In this document: piece by piece, positions 27,741 to 40,319 of the stretch
How positions within the stretch are numbered: the first letter of the stretch is position 1
How the letters are laid out: every line of letters starts with the position of its first letter
Origin: the human T2T-CHM13v2.0 reference genome, Homo sapiens
DNA: 64,000 nt
Assembly: GCF_009914755.1 (NCBI RefSeq)
Contig: NC_060930.1
Reading direction: 5' to 3' (one strand)
The notes under the pieces: generated by a model
Database searches by the model: none
What the model was told of the DNA's origin: nothing
What the model saw: only the letters and a program-made list of their open reading frames with translations
Position numbers and translations under genes: made by a program

Positions 27741-27880
27741 ACCACTCTACTGTGAGGAGGCTCTGGAGGCTGAGGTGTTCCACATGGCTGGTGTAGACAT
27801 CTGCACACTGGAAGTCATTTCCAGCATCAGAAGGATCTGGAAAACCCAGTCCTCCTTCCTAATAAGAGGGATGAGCATGC
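27741..27880 (-). pseudogene. Orphan class II beta2-domain exon fragment
   Basis: PLIRKEDWVFQILLMLEMT, frameshift, then DVYTSHVEHLSLQSLLTVEW, followed by a gtagggg donor. Confidence 0.8.
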
Positions 27881-28819
27881 TGGCTGGCAGCATCCCGTGC
27901 ACAGGATGGTGTGTTTGGGAGGTGTGCATGTTACCCAGGCTTGGACAATCAGAATCTTTCCCCAAATTATTAAAACTCTGGTAGACACTTCAGAAACATA
28001 TACAACAAAGACAGACACACACACACGCACGCACACACACTCAAACGAAGAGAGACATGAGATAAGGTGTGAGGTAATAAGAAAGATGCAGAAAATAAAG
28101 AGATGCAAAAAGAAAAAGAGAAAGAAATGCAGATAAATAGTGCCAAAGGATTACAAAAATAGAGAAAGGCAACAATGCAGTGAAAGAGACACAAGAAGGG
28201 AACAAAGACAAAACTGGAGAGAGACACACAGAAAGAACTACACAGGGACAAAGAGACACACGGAGAGGAGAGGAGGATGCACAGATGGAACTATAACAGA
28301 AAGAGAAGAGAGAGATGAAGATCTCATGGAATATCTGGAACTAGTCACTTCTGAAACCAACATTCCTTGTAACATGAATCAAATATCTTTGGGTTGGGTG
28401 TCTATCATTTGGAACCAAAAATAGTACTTTCATTCCTGGTTATGCTTTCTTAAAAATAAAAATTAGCCTTGATTGATGTGACTTGCCAGCCAGAATATAT
28501 TTGAAACATCAGTCACTATAATTGTCCCCAAACAATTCCACCATGCTTACTTAGACAACACTCGCCAAACCGGAAGAGAGGCTGGGATGTCCTAAGGCCA
28601 TTGCACTGAACATCAATATTAAAGAACCATGAATGATGTGATGACTGAATTGATTTTCTACCTCCTCTGCCTACCCTTACTTTGCACCCCAAGATGCTTT
28701 CAGTGTCTTTTCAAAGTACAACCCTCTTTCTAGCCACGGTTTGGCTGGGTCACCTCAAGGTATGTTCCTTCACTTGGCAGTGGTTTCCTACCTCTGCTTA
28801 GTTAAGGAAGTTCCGAACA

Positions 28820-29178
28820 CAGATAACTCAGAATCAGGTTTAATTATGGGAAAAAGCACTAAAGTTAGGTAAATGATTTTGTTTGTCATGCTTCTCTTGA
28901 CAGGTCTGTGGGGGGAGAATGGAAACAGAGATGCCCCTTGGGGCCTGAGTAGACACAGCTTGCAGTGCACAGGCAGAGGCTCTGGGTCAGTGCAGGAAGC
29001 AGAGTCACCGCCAGTGCCTTGGGATGGGGATCACAGAAGGTGACCTGTGGCTGCATGAGCCACTGTAGGACTCTGACCTCAGTGGGACAGGATGACACAG
29101 GCAGCTAGGAATTCTGGGCAGGGGCAGGTGGGCATTACAGAAGAGTGATGACCAATCCCAGACAAAAGTCCTCAGGAG
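28820..29178 (-). other. HLA-DQB2: HLA-DQB2 3'UTR; probable poly(A) signal ATTAAA at 28844-28839
   Basis: Follows the stop in exon 6; the 3' end is approximate. Confidence 0.6.
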
Positions 29179-29192
29179 TCAGTGCAGGAGTC
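29179..29192 (-). CDS. HLA-DQB2: HLA-DQB2 exon 6 coding part (GLLH*)
   Basis: ttctccag|gactcctgcactga; CDS 109+267+282+111+24+14=807 nt = 268 aa plus stop. Confidence 0.92.
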
Positions 29193-29709
29193 CTGGAGAA
29201 GAGAGATGAGGCATGATCAGCACAGGGTACCCTGAGGGACACACCCTCTCCCCCAGTCCTGAGTTTCCTCTGCAGCATCAAACAGAGGATGCTGAGGTCC
29301 AGGGCATATCATCATCACGTTCCCCAATATCTGTGTAAAGGTAAAATCAGCTCATGAGGACACAGAACTTCAGCTTGATGCAGATATGTGGAGGTGGGGG
29401 AACAGCAGTTACCCTTCTGGGTAATATGAAGAGTTTGATTTTTTTAGTAAATTGGGTGACACTTCATCTCCACCACTAGCAGCCTCTTTTAGTCACTGAA
29501 AATGCCTACAGGCAGTAGCTAACAAAATGTGGCACAAAGTGGGCATCACCCTACTATCTCACATTCAAGATGTGGCTCTGTCCCCACATTTCACAAAAAG
29601 ATGCCACCAAAGTTAAGGCCTGGTTCTAGGAAACAATCTCTGGAGATTCGTAGAAACTGGCAAACTTCTCCCCTAAGTCTTAACCCTCATAGCAGCAAAC
29701 AGGCCATGA

Positions 29710-29982
<273 letters not shown>

Positions 29983-30008
29983 TGACTGGATCATGGCTGA
30001 AATATTAC

Positions 30009-30032
30009 CTGCAGGTGGAGGCCCTCGAGGTC
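30009..30032 (-). CDS. HLA-DQB2: HLA-DQB2 exon 5 (24 nt, GPRGPPPA)
   Basis: ttttgtag|gacctcgagggcctccacctgcag|gtaata. Confidence 0.9.
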
Positions 30033-30501
30033 CTACAAAAGGAAGTTATACAGAGAAAGGTCTTGTTAAACAAACAACCACTATCTTACCCCAAAGGAAA
30101 ATGACACATGTAGTTTAATTGGGGTTATATCCTCTTCCCTCCCGTGTTCTTTAAGTCCTTAAGCACCCTAAGTTAAAATCCCCCAAAACAAAGGAAATTG
30201 TCACTAGAAGACAAGGAGGCCGAGGCTCTGACCCTCTTAATGGAGGAAGCTTTTAGAAAGGAGCCAGTGAGACGATGATGAACGGTAAGGACGCCCTGGA
30301 ATAAGCTCTATCAGTCAGCTCTGGCAGCGCTACCATTCACCCAGTAAAATCAGATTCCAATGCCTCCTCCAATCTTGTCCTGTCTCCTCGCACTTCCTCT
30401 CAGGGTAAGGAGGAAAGAGCTACATCTAGAGACAGAACCTCTCTGAATAGAGGGTCTGGGTCACAGCCCATCTTCCCCCATTTCCCCCTTGGGTTCCTCA
30501 C

Positions 30502-30612
30502 CTTTCTGACCCCTGTGACGGATGATAAGGCCCAGCCCGAGGAAGATCAGCCCCAGCACGAAGCCTCCAACACCACCCAGCATCTTGCTCTGGGCAGATT
30601 CAGACTGAGCCC
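30502..30612 (-). CDS. HLA-DQB2: HLA-DQB2 exon 4 (TM)
   Basis: [36 protein letters not shown]; 111 nt. Confidence 0.96.
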
Positions 30613-30897
30613 CTAAGGAGCAGAGCCTGAGTGTGAGTGTTTGTCCCCACACCCCATAATGTCCTTGGTACAGGAGGTGGAGATGTCAGGGGACACTAGT
30701 TCTCCAGTCTGACCACCCTAGGGAAGAGAAAGACCAGCCAGTAGGTCTTTGGACACAATAGGTGGGTGAGGGAGAGGAGGAAGCACACCCCTGCCCCTCA
30801 GGACTTCATCCATAACCTTAAACCCTAAGGCCCCAGTCACCAGCCCTAAGTCAGTCTCTCATAGCTGTCAGAGCTGGTTCTGGGGCTTTAGTAGTGT

Positions 30898-31368
30898 TGA
30901 TATGGTTTGATTCTGTGGCCCCACCCAAATTTCATGTTCAATTGTAATTAACAATGTTGGAGGTAGAGCCTGGTGGGAGGTGACTGGATCATTAGACCAG
31001 ATTCTTGTCACCATCTCCCTTAGTACTGTCATTACAATAGTGAGTTCTCATGAGATCTGGTTATGTAAAACTGCGTAGCACCAACCCCCTCTCTCTCATG
31101 ATCCTGCCCCTGCCCTGTGAGACACCTCACTCCCTCTTTTCCTTCTGCCATGATTAGGAGCTTCCATATGTCTCCCCATAAGCAGAAGCCACTATGCTTC
31201 CCCTACAGCCTCAGAATCATAAGCCAATTAAACCTCTTCTCTTTATAAATTACCCATTCTCAGGTATTTCTTTATAGTGGAGTGAGAAGAGCCAATTAAA
31301 CCTCTTTTCTTTATAAATTACTCAGTCTCAGAGATTTCTTTGTAGCAGTACAAGAATGGACTAACACA
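30898..31368 (+). mobile_element. MST (MaLR) solo LTR in DQB2 intron 3
   Basis: tgatatggtttg...ggactaacaca; TSD agtgt/aatgt; internal ~68-bp duplication. Confidence 0.85.
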
Positions 31369-31579
31369 AATGTGGAAAGTGATCTCCCTGGTATCTGGAA
31401 AGACAAAGAGATCAGGATTCATCTGATGTGCTTGCCATGGGGCAACAGGTGCTCTAGTCTCCTGTGATTCCCAGCTCAGTAGTGATGTCAGGGACAAGAG
31501 ATGGGATGGGAAGGATCAGCGGGAGCTCTTCCCTTTGTCTTGTGGGGCCCACAGTAAAAGGAAACCAGTTTCCCCTTAC

Positions 31580-31861
31580 GCCACTCCACGGTGATGGGGC
31601 TCTGGAGGCTGGGGTGCTCCACTTGGCAGGTGTAGATGTCTCCACGCTGGGGAGTTATTTCCAGCATCACCAGAATCTGGAAGGTCCAGTCACCATTCCT
31701 AATGAGGGAGGTGGACACAACACCGGCTGTCTCCTCCTGGTCATTCCGAAACCACTGGACTTTGATCTGGGCTGGATAGAAATCTGTCACTGAGCAGACC
31801 AGCAGGTTGTGGTGGTTGAGGGCCTCTGTCCTGGATGGGGAGATGGTCACTGTGGGCTCCA
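31580..31861 (-). CDS. HLA-DQB2: HLA-DQB2 exon 3 (beta2 Ig domain)
   Basis: [38 protein letters not shown]...[20 protein letters not shown]; 282 nt. Confidence 0.97.
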
Positions 31862-33899
31862 CTGAGGGCAGTAACAGACAGGGAAAGATATAGGAGTGAG
31901 ATGTGAGACCACACAGCACGCCTGCTGTGAGGAAGGTCCCTCCTTGGAACCAGAATGGAAAGATACCTGGAGTCCAAGTCTTGGATTAAGGTTCCTTCAA
32001 CAAATATAAATTTGACAATCACTGAGAATCCAAAAATAAACAACAAACCCTGGTTCCTGCCTTTATAGAACTTGCAATCTAGTAACAGAGACCAAAAAAT
32101 TGAATGTTATTTCAAAAGTTTGTAATATTTGAAGGAAAAGTAGGCAGGCCTTGAAAAAAACGAACACTGATCAAACATCATGTTTGCCCATAACTCAATT
32201 CCTTTATCTTCTCAGAGCGGTGCTCATGGTCAAAAATGACACACCTTTCCCTGCATATTTTATACATCTTAACCTTTGCCTCTCTGGCCATTTTACTGCA
32301 TTTCCTTTATTTCTTTAGTGTAAAATTATAGTAAATATTTAATGTATGCTTTATTTACTTGGTAATATGTTCTCTCATTTTCCTGCTTTTTCTTAATTTC
32401 CTTTTAACCCTCAAGATAGTGTAATTACTAGCTGCCTACCCTACTCCATCCCCTTGCTATTGAGAATTACTTTCTTGTTCTGAAATCAGACATTATCATG
32501 TACGTTCTCCATAGGAAATATTCTGAGATCCATGCAGAGGTTGGCCTGGGTGAATGTGCCTGTAATGCAAACATATACATATAGCTGGGATTTGCTGAGG
32601 TCAGCAGGTAGCACCCCAATTAAATGGCACTCTTGAGCCATTGTCTGGAAGGAATCTTGGTTTCTGCTTGGACTTGAACTTTTCTTTAGGCCCTCCTTCC
32701 TGGAGTCTGACTGAAATAACAGTCAGCTATGTGGGGACTTACAAGATTTGTTCATCTTAAAAAGACTGAAAGTAAAAATAGAGGGCACAAATTCATGAGA
32801 AAAAAATGATAGAATAACTTTTATAGAAATAGACTTGAAATGGCAAAAATATAAATACTTGACAGCATTAGGATGTGGGTCAGAAGAAGGCAAGGAAGTT
32901 TTGTGAACCTGCATAGATAACACTGGGGTCAGACTAGGGATTGATTAATCAGTGAATTTTCAATGCCTTGAAAGTATCATTTTGTCCCATTAACAGTGAA
33001 AACAGGCAGGAATAGACCCATTGCTGCTTCTTGTCAAAATTGGCTTTAACAAGGCTTTACTTCCCTTAGGCTGTGTAGACGAGTATTGAAGAACATAAAA
33101 GAATGCTGTGTATTTGGGGGAGGCTTCAGGTCCTGGTGCATAATTGTGGGTTGATTACTTAAAGTGTTTATCATGTACCAATATTACGATATATAAAGTG
33201 GCAATGCTAATCTCTAATGCACAGGTAACTGTGCTATTAAATGACATAACTTAGATGGTGTTTGCTAAGGCAATTGTCTAGAAATAAGTGCTCACTAAGT
33301 GGGTAAAATTGACGTTCAGAATGTTTATCCCTGAAGTGGATAGTGATGGGGGGAGGGAGAAAATCTACTCCAAAAGCAACCTGAAACTATTTTTATTCAA
33401 TAATTTAGTGGCTTCAATCTATGTATTCCAAAGCTTCTGCTCTTTTCATTGTGCCATTTGTTCAGCTTTTCTAAGAAATTAAAACTGCCTTATAACACCA
33501 TTCAAGAGTTGTTTTTATTTTCAGCAAACACCTTTTTCCCTAGACTGCATTCACAAACCTTACTAAGATCCAAGTCAATAAGAGTTTAAAGCATCAAGCA
33601 AAATAATAGAAAATAATTGATAAAGTCCATCTTTAAGGCTCTATTTATCCTCTGCTTTCCCTTGAGCCTAAGTGGATGGGCAGCTGAGTACATTTATTCA
33701 TTAATTTAACAGAAGATCATTGAGCTCATACCACATGCCAGTCCACGAGTCAGGTACTAGGCATGCAATGATTAAAACACTCTCACCTCAAAGAGCTCCG
33801 CCATGAATGAGAGCCGTTTAAGAAAACAGAATTACGATGAATAATAATTTGAAGCCAAAAGTTAAAATATCTTATTTCACAACTGTAATTGCTGGATGC

Positions 33900-34960
33900 C
33901 CTGCGCGCAGTTGTGGAGCAGCCCTAACTCCACCAGGCCAAACCTGAAGCTTCCTGCGGCGCGAGCTGTGCAAGTGGGCCTTGCTGGGTGGGGCAGTGCT
34001 AGTGGGGCGGGCGGGCAGGGGAAGAGGGCGGGCATTCGGGCAGAAAGAACTGCTTAGCGAAGGTAAGGCACGAGGAGGCAAACGCATAAGGCACAAGGCA
34101 AGAACATGCAGAGCAGAGGACAAGGCCGATGGACGGGGAGGCTGGGGACACACTGGGCAGCCTAACCCAACCCTGCAGGGAACTAAGGGATGCTTTTGTG
34201 CATCCCCCTGCTCTGCCCTAGATCCCCGCCCCTCCGATACTACCCCAGCCTCCAAATCCCCGCCACCTTCCTGTACCCTGGGATGGACCAGGGCTCGGTC
34301 CTTGAGGCCGCGCCGTCCTCGCCCCTCTGTGCGCAGAGACTCGGGCCCCGGCCAAGGGTGAGCACCGCGGAAGGACGACGACGCTCACCTTGCCGCTGCA
34401 AGGTCGTGCGTAGCTCCGCCTCGTAGTTGTGTCTGCACACCTTGTCCACCGCGGCCCGCTCCTGCTCCAAGAAGTCCTTATAGTTGTTCCAGTCCTCGAT
34501 GCTCCGCCCCAGCTCGGTCACCGCCTGGAACTCCCCAACGTCGCTGTCGAAGCGCCCGTACTCCTCGCGGTTATAGATGTATCTGGCCACACCCCGCACG
34601 CGCTCTGTCCCGTTGGTGAAGTAGCACATGCCCTTAAACTGGACCAAGAAATCCTCTGCGGAGAATCACGGCGGGTCAGTCAGGCGCCAGCACGGCCCTA
34701 GCCCCAGCCCCCAGCCGGACCGCACCCTTCAGCCGCTGCCCTGACCCGGCCAGCAGCTGCGAAACCCGTCCAAGCGAAATTGAGTTCTTGGCTGGGCCCG
34801 TGCCTCGTGCTCCGGACCTGGGATCCTCGAGACATCTCTGCCCCAGCCCTGCCCGCCCTCTCTGAGGGCCTCGGGAATCTGCCTTCCTTTAGGGAGGTAA
34901 GAGGGAAAGCCCAGTCCCTGCCTGAGCCTGTGAACCAAGTGAAGAGGGCAGTCGGACCGA
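33900..34960. promoter_or_regulatory. Intragenic CpG-island-like region over DQB2 exon 2
   Basis: High GC and CpG density against an AT-rich background, judged by eye. Confidence 0.7.
34389..34655 (-). CDS. HLA-DQB2: HLA-DQB2 exon 2 (beta1 domain)
   Basis: [88 protein letters not shown]; 267 nt. Confidence 0.97.
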
Positions 34961-36102
34961 TTCGACATTGACCTCTGCTCTTAGATCAGGGCGTTCTCGT
35001 ATGAAATCCCATTTTCCATGGAGCTCTTGGGAATCTCAGAGACAGAGTTATCCACATAAATTTGAGAGTTCAAGGGAATAACGAGAAAGGTTCAGGAATT
35101 AAGCTTGTTCTCATCCTGATGTAAGTATTCTCTTGGTCCCTGGGCAAGAGACCAAGTAAACCCATGCCTGGATTTACTCTCTTTCTGCTATACCCGCCCA
35201 AGTGCCCTGTGAGGTTCACTCACTTCTGTGTTAGAAAGGACCTACACCTCCGGAGTCCTAGAAGGAAACATTTATTCATGGAAAGAGCCCAAGCTTTTGA
35301 ATTCTATAGGGTCCAATTAAACTGAGTCAATCACCAGCTTGGGCAGGTTACTTAACAGAATATCCATATCACAAGTATAATTACATAAAAGGAAAATCAT
35401 GATACCTACACATAGGATGTTAGGAGGAGTGAGAGAGGATTTATAGAAAGTACTGTCCTGTGTCTGAATGGAGTGGTTTCTCAATATGTATTATTTCCCT
35501 TCTTTACTTCCTCCTTCCTATCATACTAAATTCAGTCCACCATCAACTCAGGTCCCTGAATCCCACTCAAGTCACCTTTTGCCCATAAATCAGTGAAACC
35601 CAAAGTAAGACTCCCTGTCTGTGGTCATCCAGTCACCTTCCCTCAGTACTAAGAGTTTGCCTCCACAAACTCTCCACTCGAGTCAGTAGTATAGACTCCT
35701 TTACCTCCAATACAGAGACTACAGACACCATTGCTGCCTTACATTTTCCCAGTGCAGAAAAATCCTACTGTGTCTTTGGGGAAATGCATATCTTTGGGGA
35801 AATGCATAACCGTGGAGTGCCATGGTCATTTTGTCCTGTCACAGGTAGTGAATGCACACTTTGTCTCCTCTTTCCTCTCTCCTCCTTCAGGATTAAACCT
35901 GTGGGATTGGGGTTGGATTATCCTCACCTCACCCATTATAAGGTGGAAATAAAAATGCAACATAGCTCTATTTCCCAAAAAGAATAAATGGTGATAAAAG
36001 ACTGTGTTCTGAGATCATGGAGATCACCATCCCCCATACTCCAACCCAAGGAGAGCCTGTTCCCACAGTGGTGGCTCTCGAGAGCAGCTGCCCTGCACTT
36101 AC

Positions 36103-36211
36103 TGGGAAAGTCTCTGGCCTCAGCCACTGGGGTGCTCAGCATCACCAGCATCACGGTCACAGCTGCTGCCCAAAAGCCTCCAGGGATCTGCAGAGCCATC
36201 TTCCAAGACAT
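36103..36211 (-). CDS. HLA-DQB2: HLA-DQB2 exon 1 (signal peptide)
   Basis: MSWKMALQIPGGFWAAAVTVMLVMLSTPVAEARDFP; 109 nt; donor gtaagt. Confidence 0.96.
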
Positions 36212-36342
36212 AAGTGAGACCAAGGAAAAAGCAGTGGTAGTCAACACAGCTCAAACCTAATGGATCTTATGTACCTGCCGGAAAGAATAAAAACCTCTGG
36301 ATGTTTCCATGTGTGGTAGGATTGGGGAGTCCCTAGGAAAGG

Positions 36343-36408
36343 AACCAATCAGCACTGGAGCTGAAGGACCTCATCTGCCTCTGGGCAGACATTTTTCTGT
36401 GAAGATTC
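36343..36408 (-). promoter_or_regulatory. DQB2 promoter W/S, X1-X2 and Y boxes
   Basis: Y ctgattggtt (36352-36343); X cccagaggcagatgaggtc (36385-36367); S-like gaatctt near 36408-36402. Confidence 0.88.
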
Positions 36409-38009
36409 TCACTCCAATGCCTGGCACTGTTTCTTCTTCAAATTGCACTAGATGAACATTTGAGGTGAAGATTTCTGAATAGCTGAAGATTGAATGGCTT
36501 AGGGGTTTTAAGAAGCAAAAGACAAATGTGATTCAAGAGTAGACATCTTACAACCTATTGTTCTTATACTTGGGAGTTTTAGTAGGGCAAATTAAGTGAG
36601 GATCATATTTCAGGGAACAGAAAATTGTCACAGAAATGTTCACTTCTATTAGACACTCTGAGGAGCCTTAAGTTTTGGTGAGAAGAGCAAAGTTCTTAGA
36701 AGGAAATGATGGTGAGTTGCAGTTCTACCACTAATGTGCTTTATGAGAGTCAACAAATTACTGAACTCCTTTTCACCCCCAGGCTTCTCTTTGCAAAATG
36801 TGGATCATGTTTTATGCATTTTACATCTAGATCTTCACATATACAAATTTAACATTAATATGACTAGTTTAATATTACAAAAGCCTCCTCCACTGTTATG
36901 TGTAACTATCAAGCTAATAGGAGGAACAAGAAAAAAAAAAGTTGACACCCAGCCCTACTGGCAAGTGATTCTTTATTATGCAAGAAGGTATTGCATTCAT
37001 GCTCTTCGAGTGAAAGTATTTGTTGACTTTTCTCTTGTAAGTTCTTCAGCTGCTTAAATCCTCCCTGAACCATGAAACAGGTGCATCTGATATGAGCAAA
37101 GGCACAATACACAAATTTTACAGTATTCAGACACAGTCACATTTAGTTTTGAAGATAGAGAACAAAAGCTGTGAAGAAGAATTTCCTGGGGGCTGAATCG
37201 TATTAATGATGGAGCAAATGTTTAGAGTTACAGGTCATATTGGGCCAGCCCTAAACATCAAATCCAAAATGGCAGAGGTACCAATGTGTTTTTATAAATA
37301 AATTTCTTACTTATCAGGCTTACGTTGCCCATGGCTAGGGATAGTACTAATGGTTATAAAGCAATTAAAACAATGCCTGACAAACATTACTGGTAATCCT
37401 AACCAAGACAATAAATATCTCCACCTCTCTTCTTGTCTCCCTTCCTCCCACTCCTCCCTGTATATTAGTAAAGTAGAAGATAGAGAGCATCTAAAAGCAG
37501 AATATGTTTACCAGGTAAAAAGAAACAGGGAAGAGACGGTAGCAAGAGGTTTGCAATAGTGGCACATGAAAGCATTGAGCCACTCTAATATTCTGTATTA
37601 TTCTGTGCATAGATTTAGATCACCTGAGTCTGGGAACGTTGTTACTGGGCTTCTAGCAGCAGTGGTGTACTCAGGATCAGGGTAACCCCCAGTCTAAGGA
37701 GGGTCTCCACTGGTGCGATGGAAGCATAAAGGAGGAACATCAAACTCAGACCTAGAACGGAACTGGGGGCAAGAAAGAATAGGCAGAGAGGGACCTGAAG
37801 ATGCCCTCAATGTCCTCTCAGTCCCCACCTCAGCGTCCCTCAGAATAGAGGCCTCTGGCCCACCCCTTCTTCCTGTTCAAAGGGAGAAACTTCCCTCAGG
37901 TTTATTCTGGGGCTGTGAGGCAAAGTCTACGTCAAACCTAGGGACTCCCCAGTCTCATGGGCCTCTTCAAACAGACTTTTTTCTTCTTTTCCTTTTTTTT
38001 TATTTTCCT

Positions 38010-38332
<323 letters not shown>

Positions 38333-38388
38333 TAGCAACGAAAGTGTCAGCTTAGAGCCATTTTCTGACTGGCTAAAACCTCATCTGA

Positions 38389-38710
38389 GGCCAGGCGCAG
38401 TGGCTCACCCCTGTAATTTTCTAGCGCTTCAGGAGGCCAAGGCAGGCAGATCACTTGAGGTCAGGAATTTGAGACCAGCCTGGCCAACATGGTGAAACCC
38501 GTCTCTACCAAAAATAAAAAAAATTAGCCGAGTGTGGTGGTGCATGCCTGTAATCTCAATTACTCAGTAGGCTGAGGCAGGCGAATCGCTTGAACCCAGG
38601 AGGCAGAGGTTGCAGTGAGCTGAGTTCGCACCATTGCACTCCATTGCACTCCAGCCTGGGGGACAAGAGCAAAACTCTGTCTCAAAACAAAACAACAACA
38701 AAAAAAAAAC
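38389..38710 (+). mobile_element. AluS (head-to-head with the preceding AluJ)
   Basis: ggccaggcgcagtggctcac...; TSD-like acctcatctga/acctaatctaa. Confidence 0.92.
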
Positions 38711-40319
38711 ACCTAATCTAAAAGGCTTTGGTTTGGGGCTTCTGCCAGTTGTGTCCCCCTGATCCAGCCTTCTCTACAGTTCTTTGCAATGTTCCTATCC
38801 CTGCTCCATTACTCAGGGCAGCCACTATTGGCCTGGCCAGAGGAAGGCAACTCAGACAAGCATCCTGATTCTGAATGCCTCACCCAAATCACCTGCCCGG
38901 CCTCTGATGGGGACAGAGCGCTTAGGATGAGACCACACACACCCCATGTGGGAAGATGGGATAAAGACACTGCTGTTATTACGGGTCAAGGTTACACTAG
39001 GGAGACTCCCCAGGGCACATTGTCTCTTCTTTCAGGGCAGAAAAAGGTTGTGGACTCCTTCTTTGTGGAATCAAGGGAGAAATCATCTTCCCTGGTCAGC
39101 ATCTCTTAGAATCTGTGCTTGGTCAGTGCAGTTGAATGTAAACACAGGAGTCATCCTGTCACCAGAAGGGTTATCCAGGACTCTGTCCTGCAATTACTTC
39201 CAGAATCAAGAAACACTGTAGAGTCAGAAAGGTTCTGTGGCCTCCTTAATGCCAGTGGTAACAGAAATACAGCCCCAGAATATCATTTTCCTTTAATAAA
39301 AATTTATCAAGTAATTATCTCCAAATTTTTCAAAACCTTGTGAAGCTACTTACATATTTCTCTTATATCAACTTTTAGGTAACCGGTTACATGAATTTTT
39401 CATGACACATATAAGGTAGGCCTTTTCTCTTTAAACAGTTATCTCTTTAAAATGACAATTTAGAAAATCTGAAGAGAGAGTCTGTAGCATTCAGAGGCTG
39501 TGCTCAAACAGTGCCTCCTTCAAGCAAGTAACCATGGGGAGACTCCATAGTGGAAGTCAGGTAAGGACTTGGAGGATACCGCAGGGTGAAGGACTAGGAG
39601 TATGGGAAAAGCTTTAGCAGGAAGATAGAAAATCAGATGATACAAGGCATTTGGGACACTTGGGGGAAATGGGGAAGGTGAGTGATCTCTGGCACAGGAG
39701 TCCAGAGCCCACCAGTCTCATGGCTTCTCATGCAGTATGGAAATGGCCCTTGAAAACAGAAGAAGACTGGGATGAAAACCCAGGCTGCCTGCTATGGACG
39801 TGTGTACAACGGAGCTTTGTTTCCTGATCTGTTTCTACAGGTTTCTTCTTCCAGTCAATCTCATCCATGCATCACCTCAGCTGGACCACTGACGATTTCA
39901 TCACCCAGAGCTAACCTACACATGTCACTCTTTGCAACATATCTGTTCGTCTCTACTTCTGGTTCCCTAGTAATGCCTGGGATATTTCCAGAGACAACTC
40001 TTCCCCAGCTTCTAGATTTGTAGTCATCATGTGCCTTCATTCCCAGACAAACCTTAAATATCTTTCTATGAGATCTTTATAATGTCTTCTTCTACAAGTT
40101 CTTACCAGTAGAGAGAAGAACTAATATTCAGGTATGTAAAAAATATTTCAGTCCTATTTAAGCTCATGTCCAAGTACTCAAGAATTCAAGTGTCCAGCTC
40201 AGCTCAAGGTCATGGTTCATGCAAAAAAGCAACATTAGTAGTAATATTTTGGGGGGACTACTCATATCCTCAAATAAGGAAACTTAAGATATTCAATTTA
40301 AACCTCAATGACATATCAA

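Noticed and set aside
28010-28330. (CA)n and GA-rich tract with several ORFs; possible DRB-intron-2-like microsatellite
   Set aside because: Low complexity; order and orientation do not match (GT)n(GA)m, and there is no exon 2 nearby.
33872-34971. Cluster of overlapping ORFs around DQB2 exon 2
   Set aside because: Expected stop-codon scarcity in GC-rich DNA.
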